Positions 39,403 to 48,385 of a stretch of 64,000 bases of DNA are shown here, piece by piece. The notes beneath the pieces were generated by a model that worked only from the letters and a program-made list of their open reading frames with translations, did not search any database and was not told the DNA's origin. The translations under genes and the position numbers were made by a program. This DNA is from Bifidobacteriaceae bacterium (lineage in GTDB: Bacteria; Actinomycetota; Actinomycetes; Actinomycetales; WQXJ01), in the NCBI GenBank assembly GCA_031281585.1, contig JAITFE010000035.1:7183-71182 (forward strand), in the 5' to 3' direction. Numbering within the stretch: the first letter of the stretch is position 1; every line of letters begins with the position of its first letter.

Positions 39403-40182
39403 ATGGCCGGCGGGGTGTCAGATTGCGGGCTGCCGCTGGGGACCGTTCAGGTCCTGCCGGTGCGGGGGGTCCCGCAAGTCAAACCCGGCGACAACCTGGC
39501 CGGGCTGTTGGCCGCCGCGCTGAAGCCGTGGGCGCGGGAGGGCGACGTGCTGGTGGTGTCCTCGAAGGTGGTGTCCAAGGCGGAGGGGCGGGTCTTTCCG
39601 GCTGAGGAGCGGGACGCGCTGATCGACGCCGAGACCGTCCGCACCGTGGCGACCCGCGAGGGACCCGCCGGGAGACTGCGGATCGTGGAGAACCGCCAAG
39701 GCTTCGTGATGGCCTCAGCCGGGGTGGACCTGTCCAACACCGACCCGGGGACGGCCTTGGCGTTGCCGGTCGACCCCGACCGCTCGGCCCGCGAACTGCG
39801 GGCCGGCCTCAAGGCGCTGACCGGCCTGAAGTTGGCGGTGGTGATCGCGGACACCTCCGGACGGCCCTGGCGGCGCGGGGTCACCGACGTGGCCATCGGC
39901 GCGGCCGGGCTTGAGCCGCTGTTGGACTTGCGCGGCCAGCCGGACGCGGGCGGGCGGCTGCTCACCTCCACCTCGGTGGCGGTGGCCGACGAATTGGCGG
40001 CCGCCTCCGAACTGGTGCGCGCCAAAGCGGGCAACGTGGCCGCCGCCCTGATCCGCGGCCTGCCGGGGGTTGTGACCGACGCGGACGGGCCAGGCGCGGC
40101 GGCCCTGCGCATGCCTCCCGAACTGGACCTTTTCCGCCAGGGCGCCGCCCCGGCGGACAACTCCGCGCCCCGCCAGCCCTAA
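39403..40182 (+). CDS. cofE: Coenzyme F420-0:L-glutamate ligase (stand-alone CofE)
   Basis: The 259-aa protein has VVSSKVVSKAEGR, NRQGFVMASAGVDLSN and DTSGRPWRRGVTDVAIG motifs. No C-terminal nitroreductase-like domain is present. Confidence 0.85.
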   Translation: MAGGVSDCGLPLGTVQVLPVRGVPQVKPGDNLAGLLAAALKPWAREGDVLVVSSKVVSKAEGRVFPAEERDALIDAETVRTVATREGPAGRLRIVENRQGFVMASAGVDLSNTDPGTALALPVDPDRSARELRAGLKALTGLKLAVVIADTSGRPWRRGVTDVAIGAAGLEPLLDLRGQPDAGGRLLTSTSVAVADELAAASELVRAKAGNVAAALIRGLPGVVTDADGPGAAALRMPPELDLFRQGAAPADNSAPRQP

Positions 40183-41060
40183 CCGCTCCCGCCGCCAACG
40201 GCGGGCAGCACCTCGGTGGTGAGCAACTCGACGGCGGCCAAGCCCGCGTTGTCCTCCTCCGGCGGGATCAGGATCACAGTCGAGACGCCCAGGGCTTCGA
40301 AGCCCCGCAGGCGTTCCAGCACGCCAGCGGCGGTGGCCGGCTCGCCCGGCGGGAAGAGGGGGCCGTGGGCCGCCAGCTTGGCGCCGCCCTGCGCGAACCA
40401 CCGGTTCGCCCGGTCGGCCAGCGCGGCGGGGGTTGCGCCCTGCGAGATGAAGCCCAGGCCGCGCCGCAGCGCTTTCGCCATGGTGGCCGGGCCGCCCGCC
40501 AACCACAACTCCGGGTGCGGTTTGGTGTGGGGGACCGGGCTCAACCGGTCCGGGCCGCCGCCCAGACTGCCGTCGAAAGCCGCGATCAGGCGGTCCAGGT
40601 TGCGGTCGAACAACCGGCCGCGGGCTTTGAAATCAAGACCCGCGAACTCGAACTCCTTGTCCCAATAGCCCGGCGCCAACGCGAAGACGGCGGCGCCGTT
40701 CGTCAAGTTGTCCAGGGTGGCCGCCTGTTTGGCGAGCCAAACCGCGTCCCGCAGTGGCAGGATCGATGCGCTCACCAGCAAATGGACCCCGGGGTGGCGG
40801 CCCGCCAGGAAGGCCAGCTCCGTGATCGGCTCCTGACCGCCCGCCCACAGCGGGTAGTTCGGGTCGACCAGGTATCCCTCGCCCAGCGCCAACACGTCGA
40901 TCCCGCCGGCCACGGCGGAATCGACCACGCGCAGAAACCCCCGCCGGGAAGACGCTACCGGCATGATCCCGACACGGAAGGCGGGGCTGGGACGTTCCCG
41001 GACGGCATCGGGCAAAGGGGAATCCCCGGCGGCCTGGGGACTGGCGGCGGCCGGGCTCAT
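40179..41060 (-). CDS. Luciferase-like (LLM class) oxidoreductase, paralog of 27471..28400
   Basis: LPLRDAVWLAKQAATLDNLT and GYWDKEFEFAGLDF align closely with the other copy. The ATG is at 41060. The upstream ORF part is Pro/Arg-rich and rejected. Confidence 0.75.
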   Translation of the reverse strand: MSPAAASPQAAGDSPLPDAVRERPSPAFRVGIMPVASSRRGFLRVVDSAVAGGIDVLALGEGYLVDPNYPLWAGGQEPITELAFLAGRHPGVHLLVSASILPLRDAVWLAKQAATLDNLTNGAAVFALAPGYWDKEFEFAGLDFKARGRLFDRNLDRLIAAFDGSLGGGPDRLSPVPHTKPHPELWLAGGPATMAKALRRGLGFISQGATPAALADRANRWFAQGGAKLAAHGPLFPPGEPATAAGVLERLRGFEALGVSTVILIPPEEDNAGLAAVELLTTEVLPAVGGGSG

Positions 41061-41103
41061 CCTCGCCAGCCTGATTCCGGCCCTGCGGCCCGCGGCGCGA
41101 ATG

Positions 41104-42186
41104 TCATAGGTGGCCCCCCGCGGCCGAGTTTCGCGGCGCCGGCACCCGCGCGGCGCCGGCGAGCAGGGCGATCTCCGCGAGGGTGTCAACCTCCTCGACT
41201 GTGTAGGCGGCCAAGCCGAACGCGACAATCTCCGGGGAAGCGGCTCGAACCACGCCGCGCAGGCGGTCCGCGATCTGGCCTGGGGAGCCGACCACGGCCA
41301 GGCCGTCCAACAGGGCGTCCGGCACCAACTTGCCGGCCTCTTCGGGGCCACCGTTGGCGAGGGCGGCCCGGAGTTGTTCCGCCAACTCGGGGGTGACGCC
41401 GAAGCGGTCCTTCCAGTCTGCGGGGATGTCAAGGCTCATGTACCCAAAAGCGGCCCGCAACTCGGCGATCCCCTGGGGCGTGAAAGCGATCAACGGGTGC
41501 CAAACAACCAAGGCCGGCGGCGATCCGGGAACGGACCGCGCGCTGGAGCGCGTCAAGGCGATCGCCTCTGCGACCTGGTCGATGGGTTTCCCCCCGATCA
41601 AGAACCAGTCGGCCTGCTCGCGGGCGAACCGCTCGACCCTGGGGCCCCGGCCCGCCACGGCCAGCGGCAGCCGACGTGCGGGGAAGGAGAGGCGAGCGGA
41701 TATCGCGGTGACCACGCCACGATGAGTGACGGTTTGGCCGTCCAGCAGGCGGGTGACCACGTCGGCCGTTTCGGCCAGCGCCGTGAAAGGCTTGGCTGGC
41801 CGCAGGCCCAACGGCCCCAACACCAACGAGCCGCCGGCGCCCAGTCCGGCCACGATCCGCCCCGGAGCGAGTTCTTCCAGGGTTGCCAGGGCCGCGGCGG
41901 TGGCCACGGGATGGCGCGAATACGGCTGGGTGATGCCAGGGGACAAGTAGATCGAATCGGTGGCCGCGGCGATGGCCGCGAGGGTGACGTAGATGTCCCG
42001 ATCAACCAGCTCGTCGGCAATGAACAGGACGACCGCGCCGCGCTTTTCCGCGTGAACGGCCAGTTCGACGAGTTTGGCGACGGGCTGGGTGCCGTGCACC
42101 CAGACGCCCCAACCTTGGGGTTCTCGCGTGCCAGACACGGCAGGAGCTTGGCGCCGCGTTGGCCACGGCGCACTCGGTGATCGCAT
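41104..42186 (-). CDS. LLM class F420-dependent oxidoreductase (Mer-like)
   Basis: It has a TIM-barrel LLM pattern (LAVHAEKRG..VLFIADE, GLGAGGS). The start is uncertain and an internal GTG is possible. Confidence 0.72.
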   Translation of the reverse strand: MRSPSAPWPTRRQAPAVSGTREPQGWGVWVHGTQPVAKLVELAVHAEKRGAVVLFIADELVDRDIYVTLAAIAAATDSIYLSPGITQPYSRHPVATAAALATLEELAPGRIVAGLGAGGSLVLGPLGLRPAKPFTALAETADVVTRLLDGQTVTHRGVVTAISARLSFPARRLPLAVAGRGPRVERFAREQADWFLIGGKPIDQVAEAIALTRSSARSVPGSPPALVVWHPLIAFTPQGIAELRAAFGYMSLDIPADWKDRFGVTPELAEQLRAALANGGPEEAGKLVPDALLDGLAVVGSPGQIADRLRGVVRAASPEIVAFGLAAYTVEEVDTLAEIALLAGAARVPAPRNSAAGGHL

Positions 42187-42342
42187 GTTGGAATCACGTA
42201 AGAGTTTGGTCCTTGGCGGCCCCAGGCGATCAAGCCGGGCGGGTCCCGATTGTCGAGCGGGGCCGCACGCGTAACCGATAATGGATCGGCCAGCCCGGCC
42301 AATCGGGCTGACGCCGCCGCCGCTGACATGAAAGGCTGCCCC

Positions 42343-43260
42343 ATGAGCTCACACTCCGGCACCAAGGCCATCATCGCCGCGCTCAGCGCCAACTTGGGCA
42401 TTGCGGTGACCAAGTTCGTCGCGTTCGCTTTGACCGGCTCCAGTTCCATGCTGGCCGAATCGGTGCACTCCGTGGCCGATTCGGGCAACCAGGTCCTGCT
42501 TCTCTGGGGAGGGAAGGAGGCGCGCCGGAAAGCTGACGCCAAGCACCCCTTCGGCTACGGCCGAGGCCGCTATTTCTGGTCCTTCATTGTCGCGTTGGTG
42601 CTGTTCTCCCTGGGCGGCCTGTTCGCCCTGTATGAGGCGTATGAGAAGCTCAAACACCCCGAAGCGATCGAGGCGTGGCAGTGGGTGCCGGTCGCCGTGG
42701 TGGTGGCCGCGATCGTCATGGAGTCGTTCTCGCTGCGGACCGCCATCCGCGAGACCCGCCCGGTCAAGGGGCGCCAGGGCTGGTTCCGGTTCATCCGGAA
42801 CTCCAAGTCGCCGGAGTTGCCCGTGGTGCTGTTGGAGGACACCGCCGCGCTCTTGGGCCTGGTGTTCGCGGGCGCCGGCATTGGGTTGACGCTGTTCACC
42901 GGCGACGGCCGTTGGGACGCCGCCGGCTCGGCCGCGATCGGCGTGCTGCTGGTGGTTGTCGCGATCATCCTGGCCGTCGAGATGAAGTCGCTGCTCCTGG
43001 GCGAGTCGCCCTCCCCGGAGAACCTCAAGGCGATTGAGGATGCGCTGGTCGGCGAGGGCGTCAACTCGGTGATCCACCTGCGGGTGATGCACCTCGGACC
43101 GGAAGAGCTGCTGGTGGCCGCGAAGGTCGAAGCCGACCCGTCGCTTGACGTCCCCGAGTTGGCGGCCGCCATCGACGCCGCCGAGGCCCGCGCCCGCGCC
43201 GCCGTCCCGTTCGCCCAGACCATCTACCTGGAGCCCGACCTGCGCCGCGCCTCCCGGTGA
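42343..43260 (+). CDS. Cation diffusion facilitator family transporter
   Basis: ANLGIAVTKFVAFALTGSSSMLAESVHSVADSGNQ and HPFGYGR motifs are present. There are six TM segments plus a C-terminal cytoplasmic domain. An alternative ATG lies at 42328. Confidence 0.88.
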   Translation: MSSHSGTKAIIAALSANLGIAVTKFVAFALTGSSSMLAESVHSVADSGNQVLLLWGGKEARRKADAKHPFGYGRGRYFWSFIVALVLFSLGGLFALYEAYEKLKHPEAIEAWQWVPVAVVVAAIVMESFSLRTAIRETRPVKGRQGWFRFIRNSKSPELPVVLLEDTAALLGLVFAGAGIGLTLFTGDGRWDAAGSAAIGVLLVVVAIILAVEMKSLLLGESPSPENLKAIEDALVGEGVNSVIHLRVMHLGPEELLVAAKVEADPSLDVPELAAAIDAAEARARAAVPFAQTIYLEPDLRRASR

Positions 43261-43336
43261 CCAGGGTTCTCGCCCGCGCACGATGCCGTGCTACGGGTCC
43301 CAGCCCCACGCTCCGCGTTCCGCCCGGTTTCCCGCG

Positions 43337-43392
43337 CCGGAAATAGGTACCGTCCCCGTTTCGCGCTGGAAATCGGTACCGTCCCCGTTTTT
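43337..43392. repeat. REP-like element copy 3: two direct copies of the 26-nt unit
   Basis: CCGGAAATAGGTACCGTCCCCGTTTC (43337-43362) and CTGGAAATCGGTACCGTCCCCGTTTTT (43366-43392) lie in the same orientation. They sit between convergent genes. Confidence 0.65.
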
Positions 43393-43409
43393 GGGTTCCC
43401 GCCGGGCGG

Positions 43410-44216
43410 CTACTTGGACACTTTGAGGCTGGTGATCATGTCATCAACGTCCGACAGCAGTAGCTTGTACTTGTCGCTCTTGGTGTACTTGTCAAAGTCC
43501 TCTTGGGTCTTGAAGAGCAGCGTGTCGTCCATTTGGCGGACGAAGAAGGTCAAATCGTTGTCCAGCTCGATCATGGCCGAATGGCCTTGGATGTACCTCG
43601 AATAATCCGAGAGGTTGTCGCTGTTGTAAATGTAGGCCACGTTGGCGCCCGGGATGTCGATTTCCGTGCCCGTGCCGAAGTTGGCCAGCGTCTTGCCCTC
43701 AGAAATGCTCTTCATGATGCCGAAGAACATCATGGAGGCGTCGGTGCCGTTGTCCCGCAGGGTTAGGTTTCCCAGACGGCACAGGATGGCGAGGTTGTTC
43801 TTGTTGACGCAATCGGCCCCGGCCCGGGCGCGCTGGTCGATGAACTCCCATTCTTCGGCCGCTGCGCCGGTCAGGCTGACCGTGTAATCCCCCAGCGTGA
43901 CCGAGGTCCGGGACACCTCGGCCGTCGCGACGTAGTGCCCGAACCCTTCGGCCGGGGCGTTCGAAGACCCGCCGCCCTGGGTCTGGTTATTGGTGGGCTT
44001 CTTCGCCTTGTCGCGGGCGTCGGAGACGGTCTGCTTGGTCTTGTCCACCAGGTCGGTGTTCACCGCGTAGGCCACGACTCCGCCGATCACCCCCCAGGAG
44101 ACCAGCAAAGTGACAATCAATCCCATGGCGATCTTGCCCGCGTTGAGCGGTTTGTAGGCTTTTGGCGCGCCCTTCGCCGGTCCGGAGGCCCCTTGGGGCG
44201 GCTGTGAGTCGCTCAT
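43410..44216 (-). CDS. Hypothetical single-pass membrane-anchored protein
   Basis: The 268-aa protein has an N-terminal TM helix (IAMGLIVTLLVSWGVIGGVVAYAV). The Lys/Asn/Asp-rich ectodomain has lower-GC codon usage. An ATGA overlap joins it to the upstream gene. Confidence 0.6.
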   Translation of the reverse strand: MSDSQPPQGASGPAKGAPKAYKPLNAGKIAMGLIVTLLVSWGVIGGVVAYAVNTDLVDKTKQTVSDARDKAKKPTNNQTQGGGSSNAPAEGFGHYVATAEVSRTSVTLGDYTVSLTGAAAEEWEFIDQRARAGADCVNKNNLAILCRLGNLTLRDNGTDASMMFFGIMKSISEGKTLANFGTGTEIDIPGANVAYIYNSDNLSDYSRYIQGHSAMIELDNDLTFFVRQMDDTLLFKTQEDFDKYTKSDKYKLLLSDVDDMITSLKVSK

Positions 44217-45730
44217 CGTTCTCCTCCTTGCGAACCGTCTTGGTATCCGGCCTGATCAGGTGGTTGAGGGTAAGGCGGCTGCTGTTGGTACGGGTCTTGT
44301 TGCGCCGGCGGGTACGGGGCCTGCTGCTCCGGCTGATAGCCGGGCTGCGGGTAAGGCGGTTGGTACAGGTCTTGTTGCGCCGGCGGGTAAGCGGGTTGCT
44401 GGGCCTGCTGCTCCGGCTGTTGGGCCGACTGCGGTTCCGGGGCTTGAGTCTGCGCTTGTTGCTGTTGGCCTTGCTCCTCCCGCCGCCGCTTGCTGGATTC
44501 GGTGATGGTGCGGTCGAGGTGGTCAAGGCCCTGGTTGACCAGGTCGGTCCTGACGGTGTGGAGGATCGTCCCGACCGGGTCGCTGAGTCTCACCATCGGC
44601 CTGAATCGGGTGCGGCGCAGCGTTGTGCCGACGTGGGCAGCCACTCCGCCCAACCCGTCCGGCTGGGCCGGCGGCGGGCCGCTTGCTTGAACGGCCACGG
44701 CCCCGCCTGCGGCGCCGCTCCCGGAGTCGACCGCAATGCTTGACGCCGCCACAGGGCCGGCGGCGGCAACGGTTCCCGCGGCGGCAGTCGTCCTGGTCGC
44801 CGGGCCGCGCTGGCCGGAGTTCTGCTCGATCTTCCGGAACTTGGAGCTGAACTTGCGGGCTTTCTCGTAGATGTCAATGGCTGGCGGCTGGCCAGCGGTG
44901 ACCTTGGTGTAGTTGTTTATGATGGAGATCAAGATCAGCGGATCAATGATCGCGGCCTTGACTAGCAGCACAACGGCCACGGCCGCCACAATGGAGACGA
45001 AGACGGCGATTTGGGTGGTCGGGATCAGGGCCTTGAACACCAAGCTGAAGGCGAAGAACAGCCCCACTCCGGCGCCGAAGTACCAGATCAGTAGGAAGAC
45101 CACAATCCAGGCGGCGTTCTTGATCACCGCTTTCCAGTTCTGGAAATACAGCACTATGCCGTCGGCGGCGCCTTTCCAAGCGTTGTGGTCGTTGGAACGG
45201 AAGATGTGGGAGAGTACCGCCTCGTCCACGTAGTTCAGCACTATCCCGACGAACAGTTTGAGAATTGAGGCCACCTGTTTGGCGCCAGGCACTGCCGAGA
45301 GCCACCCCGCCACCGCCGAAATGCCGTTCTGAATCTGTTTGACAGCCCCCGCGACCAAGGCGTCCAGCATGAAGAACACGTTGGCGGAGGCGAAGCGTTG
45401 GCGCACCTTGCCGGCGCCGTAGGAGATCAGGCCGTCGTTGGAAGAGATGCGCCCGTGCTCGGCCAGTTCCGCTATGACCGCCACGTGCGCCGCCTTGATC
45501 ATGTAGGCGATGTAGCGAGACAAGAAGCGGTAGATGCCAATGCCAAACCCGCCGAAGACCAACAGGATAATCAGGTAGATCCACGGCGCGGCGCCGCTGC
45601 CGACCAGCAGCCCAACCCCGAGGAGCACCAGCGCCGCGTAGGCCGTCAGCGCCGAAACCAGGGTGAGCGAGGCGAGCAGGCGGAAGAAAACGAATGGCAA
45701 TGTCTTGAAGAAAATGGCACCGTTTTTCAT
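44213..45730 (-). CDS. Hypothetical polytopic membrane protein with Gln/Pro/Tyr-rich C-terminal tail
   Basis: About 300 aa contain at least 6 hydrophobic helices, followed by about 200 aa of disordered tail. The tail ends in duplicated PYPPAQQD(L/P)YQ segments. I recognise no family. Confidence 0.62.
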   Translation of the reverse strand: MKNGAIFFKTLPFVFFRLLASLTLVSALTAYAALVLLGVGLLVGSGAAPWIYLIILLVFGGFGIGIYRFLSRYIAYMIKAAHVAVIAELAEHGRISSNDGLISYGAGKVRQRFASANVFFMLDALVAGAVKQIQNGISAVAGWLSAVPGAKQVASILKLFVGIVLNYVDEAVLSHIFRSNDHNAWKGAADGIVLYFQNWKAVIKNAAWIVVFLLIWYFGAGVGLFFAFSLVFKALIPTTQIAVFVSIVAAVAVVLLVKAAIIDPLILISIINNYTKVTAGQPPAIDIYEKARKFSSKFRKIEQNSGQRGPATRTTAAAGTVAAAGPVAASSIAVDSGSGAAGGAVAVQASGPPPAQPDGLGGVAAHVGTTLRRTRFRPMVRLSDPVGTILHTVRTDLVNQGLDHLDRTITESSKRRREEQGQQQQAQTQAPEPQSAQQPEQQAQQPAYPPAQQDLYQPPYPQPGYQPEQQAPYPPAQQDPYQQQPPYPQPPDQAGYQDGSQGGER

Positions 45731-46137
45731 GGGGGTCCTAACCTCGGCCGCAATCTCTCAACCCGCCAATCTTAACAGGCCGGGTGGTCGGCCGCCTTCA
45801 GCCCGGCAGGCGCCAGCCCAGCGAAGGCCCAGCGCGAGTCCAGCGCAAACCCATCTCGCCGAGCACGCGGGCGACGGCCCGCGAGCGCCAGCCCAGCGCG
45901 AGCCCATCCCCCGGCGGGGATCCCGAGTTCGGGCATCCCGCCCGCCCGCGCCCCTTCCGCGCCGCAAACGGTTGGGCCGAACCAAGCGACACCTCCGCGA
46001 AAAATCTCCAATCGGAGAAAACCCAAGGCTTCATCGGTCTGTAACCCCGGCGAAATAGCCCTTCTGCAACATTGAACGAGCGGCGCGCCCCGCGCCGCAG
46101 GATCGCGGGATTCTCCCGCCGGAGAAGGAGGCCAAGC

Positions 46138-47472
46138 ATGACCGTGTCGGATTTGTACGCGGCGGACCGCGCCCACTTGGTGCATCCGCACTTGCCCACC
46201 GCCACGCCGACAAGCGCGATCTTCGCCCGGGGAAAGGGCTCGAAGCTGTGGGACGTCAACGGCCGCGAGTACCTTGACGCGACCGGCGGCCTGTGGCTGG
46301 CGCAGATTGGACACGGCCGCGAGGAAATCGCCGCGGTCGCGGCGGCGCAAATCAAGAAACTCGAGTACTTCACCAGTTTCTGGGAGTTCACCAACGACCG
46401 GGCGGTCGAGTTGGCCGCCAAATTGGCCCAAATCACGCCGCCGGGGATTGAGAAGTTCTTGTTCACCTCAGGCGGGTCCGAATCGGACGATGCCGCGCTC
46501 AAGACCGCCCGCTACTACCACGCCGAGCGGGGCGAACCCTCCCGGACTTGGATCCTGTCAAGGCGGAACGCCTATCACGGGGCGGCTTACGGCGGCGGTT
46601 CGGCCACAGGGTTCGCCGGGATGAACGCCGGCTTGGGGCCGTTGCTGCCGGACATCCACCACCTCACCGCGCCCCACCCATACCGGACCTGGGAATACAC
46701 GGGGGACTTGACCGATTTCTGCGTCGCCGAATTGGAGGCGACCATCGCGAGACTGGGGCCTGAGAACATCGCGGCTATGATCGGCGAGCCGATTCTGGGG
46801 GTGGGCGGTATGGTGGCGCCCCCGGACGATTACTGGCCTCGGGTTGAGCAGGTGTTGCGCAGGCACGGCATCTTGCTCATCTTCGACGAGGTGGTGACCG
46901 GTTTTGGCCGTCTGGGAAAGCTGTTCGCGGCCGAGAAGTACGGTGTATCACCGGACATAATCTCCGTCGCCAAGGGCATCACCTCCGGCTACCTGCCGCT
47001 CGGCGCGGTGATGATGACCAAGGAGGTGGCTGACGTGGTCAACGAACGCGAGGGCCATCCCGTGGGCTACACCTATTCGGGTCATCCGGTGGCCGCCGCC
47101 GTCGCCTTGGAGAATCTGCGCATCATCGAGGAAGAGGGCCTGGTCGAACGGGCCGGGACGATGGGCGATTACCTCCACGAGCAACTCACGCGGCAATTGG
47201 CTCATCTGCCGCACGTCGGCGAGGTCCGCCACTCTGGCTTGGGCGTGGGCATTGAATTGGTGGCGGACAAGGAGTCGCGCCAACCGCTGCCAATGCTGGA
47301 TGACGTGGCCGGCCGCATCCGCGACGAGACCAGCGTGATTGTCCGGGTTCCCGCGCCGCACATGATCGTGTTGTCGCCGCCTTTGGTGCTTCAGGCCGAA
47401 GAGGCGGACCAGATCGCGGCCGCGATCGCCTCCGTGGTTTCCCGTTTGCGCCCGGACGGGGCCATTGCATGA
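46138..47472 (+). CDS. Class III (omega) aminotransferase
   Basis: LWDVNGREYLDATGGLWLAQIGHGR, FTSGGSESDDAALK and DEVVTGFGRLG motifs are present. The ATG at 46138 follows GGAGAAGGAGG. Confidence 0.9.
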   Translation: MTVSDLYAADRAHLVHPHLPTATPTSAIFARGKGSKLWDVNGREYLDATGGLWLAQIGHGREEIAAVAAAQIKKLEYFTSFWEFTNDRAVELAAKLAQITPPGIEKFLFTSGGSESDDAALKTARYYHAERGEPSRTWILSRRNAYHGAAYGGGSATGFAGMNAGLGPLLPDIHHLTAPHPYRTWEYTGDLTDFCVAELEATIARLGPENIAAMIGEPILGVGGMVAPPDDYWPRVEQVLRRHGILLIFDEVVTGFGRLGKLFAAEKYGVSPDIISVAKGITSGYLPLGAVMMTKEVADVVNEREGHPVGYTYSGHPVAAAVALENLRIIEEEGLVERAGTMGDYLHEQLTRQLAHLPHVGEVRHSGLGVGIELVADKESRQPLPMLDDVAGRIRDETSVIVRVPAPHMIVLSPPLVLQAEEADQIAAAIASVVSRLRPDGAIA

Positions 47473-48290
47473 CAGCCCCCGTTGCGGGGCAGGCCGGGGA
47501 CCCACGCGAATGGGTCGCGCTGAAGGAGATGGCGGACGGCTTCGACGAGTTCTGCCCGCCTAGGAGCAATGGCCTGAACGGCCACCGCCAGATCCTTGAG
47601 TTCTCAGGCGACCAGGGGCACTGGGCCGGCGGCGAGTTGCGGTTCGGCGAGGCTTCGCTGAGTCTGACCGTGCCCGGTGGCTTGCCGGACGGGACGGCGC
47701 GGATCGACGCCGTCTACCGAGCCTATGAGTCGGCGGTCGGGTTGTTCTTCGTTCACGCGACCGTCGCCGAACGCCAGATCCTGTCTTTCGCCTACGATGC
47801 CGTCCAGGGCCTTTTGGTCGGAAGCCTCGGCACGCTGGGGGTGGCTCCCAGCCCGGCGCATGTTCAACAAGTTTGGGTGCACGGCCGGGTTCCGGGCGGA
47901 CCGTTGGCGCTCCGGACCGATGAAATGGTTGGCCGGCGCGTCCGTTACCGGTATTCCTCGGACGACGTCTATGACCATATTTACCTTTCGCGCGACCGCT
48001 ACACCTGGTTTTGCGTCAGCGGCGCCGAGGCGGGGGAGGGGGACACGGACAAATGCCAAATGTGGCGGCTGAGGGACGGCGTGGTGTTGTTTTCCTGGCT
48101 GGAGAAAGTCCTCGGGGTCGAGGGCATGGTTCTTGTGGATTTCAACACTTTGAGGTCGGTCGGCCTGCAATTCGGAGTGGACCAATTCACCGGCGAGGTT
48201 GTGAACCTGTCAATGGGCGCCTATGCCCTCCCCGTTTCGACCACGCCCCCGTTGGCGGAGGCCGACCCGCGTCCGGCGCGGGATTCCTGA
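47469..48290 (+). CDS. MoaF-like domain protein (tentative)
   Basis: An ATGA overlap joins it to the aminotransferase. The blocks RVRYRYSSDDVYDHIYLSRDRYTWFCVSGAEAGEGDTDKC and VVLFSWLEK resemble the MoaF C-terminal domain as I recall it. Confidence 0.5.
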   Translation: MTAPVAGQAGDPREWVALKEMADGFDEFCPPRSNGLNGHRQILEFSGDQGHWAGGELRFGEASLSLTVPGGLPDGTARIDAVYRAYESAVGLFFVHATVAERQILSFAYDAVQGLLVGSLGTLGVAPSPAHVQQVWVHGRVPGGPLALRTDEMVGRRVRYRYSSDDVYDHIYLSRDRYTWFCVSGAEAGEGDTDKCQMWRLRDGVVLFSWLEKVLGVEGMVLVDFNTLRSVGLQFGVDQFTGEVVNLSMGAYALPVSTTPPLAEADPRPARDS

Positions 48291-48385
48291 GCATCCGCCA
48301 GGGCGTCGGTGGGCAACCGGCGTCCAGCCGTGGTGACGCGGTCAGCGCGTAGCGCTGACCCAAGTAACGCGGAAGGCGGGTGCCG

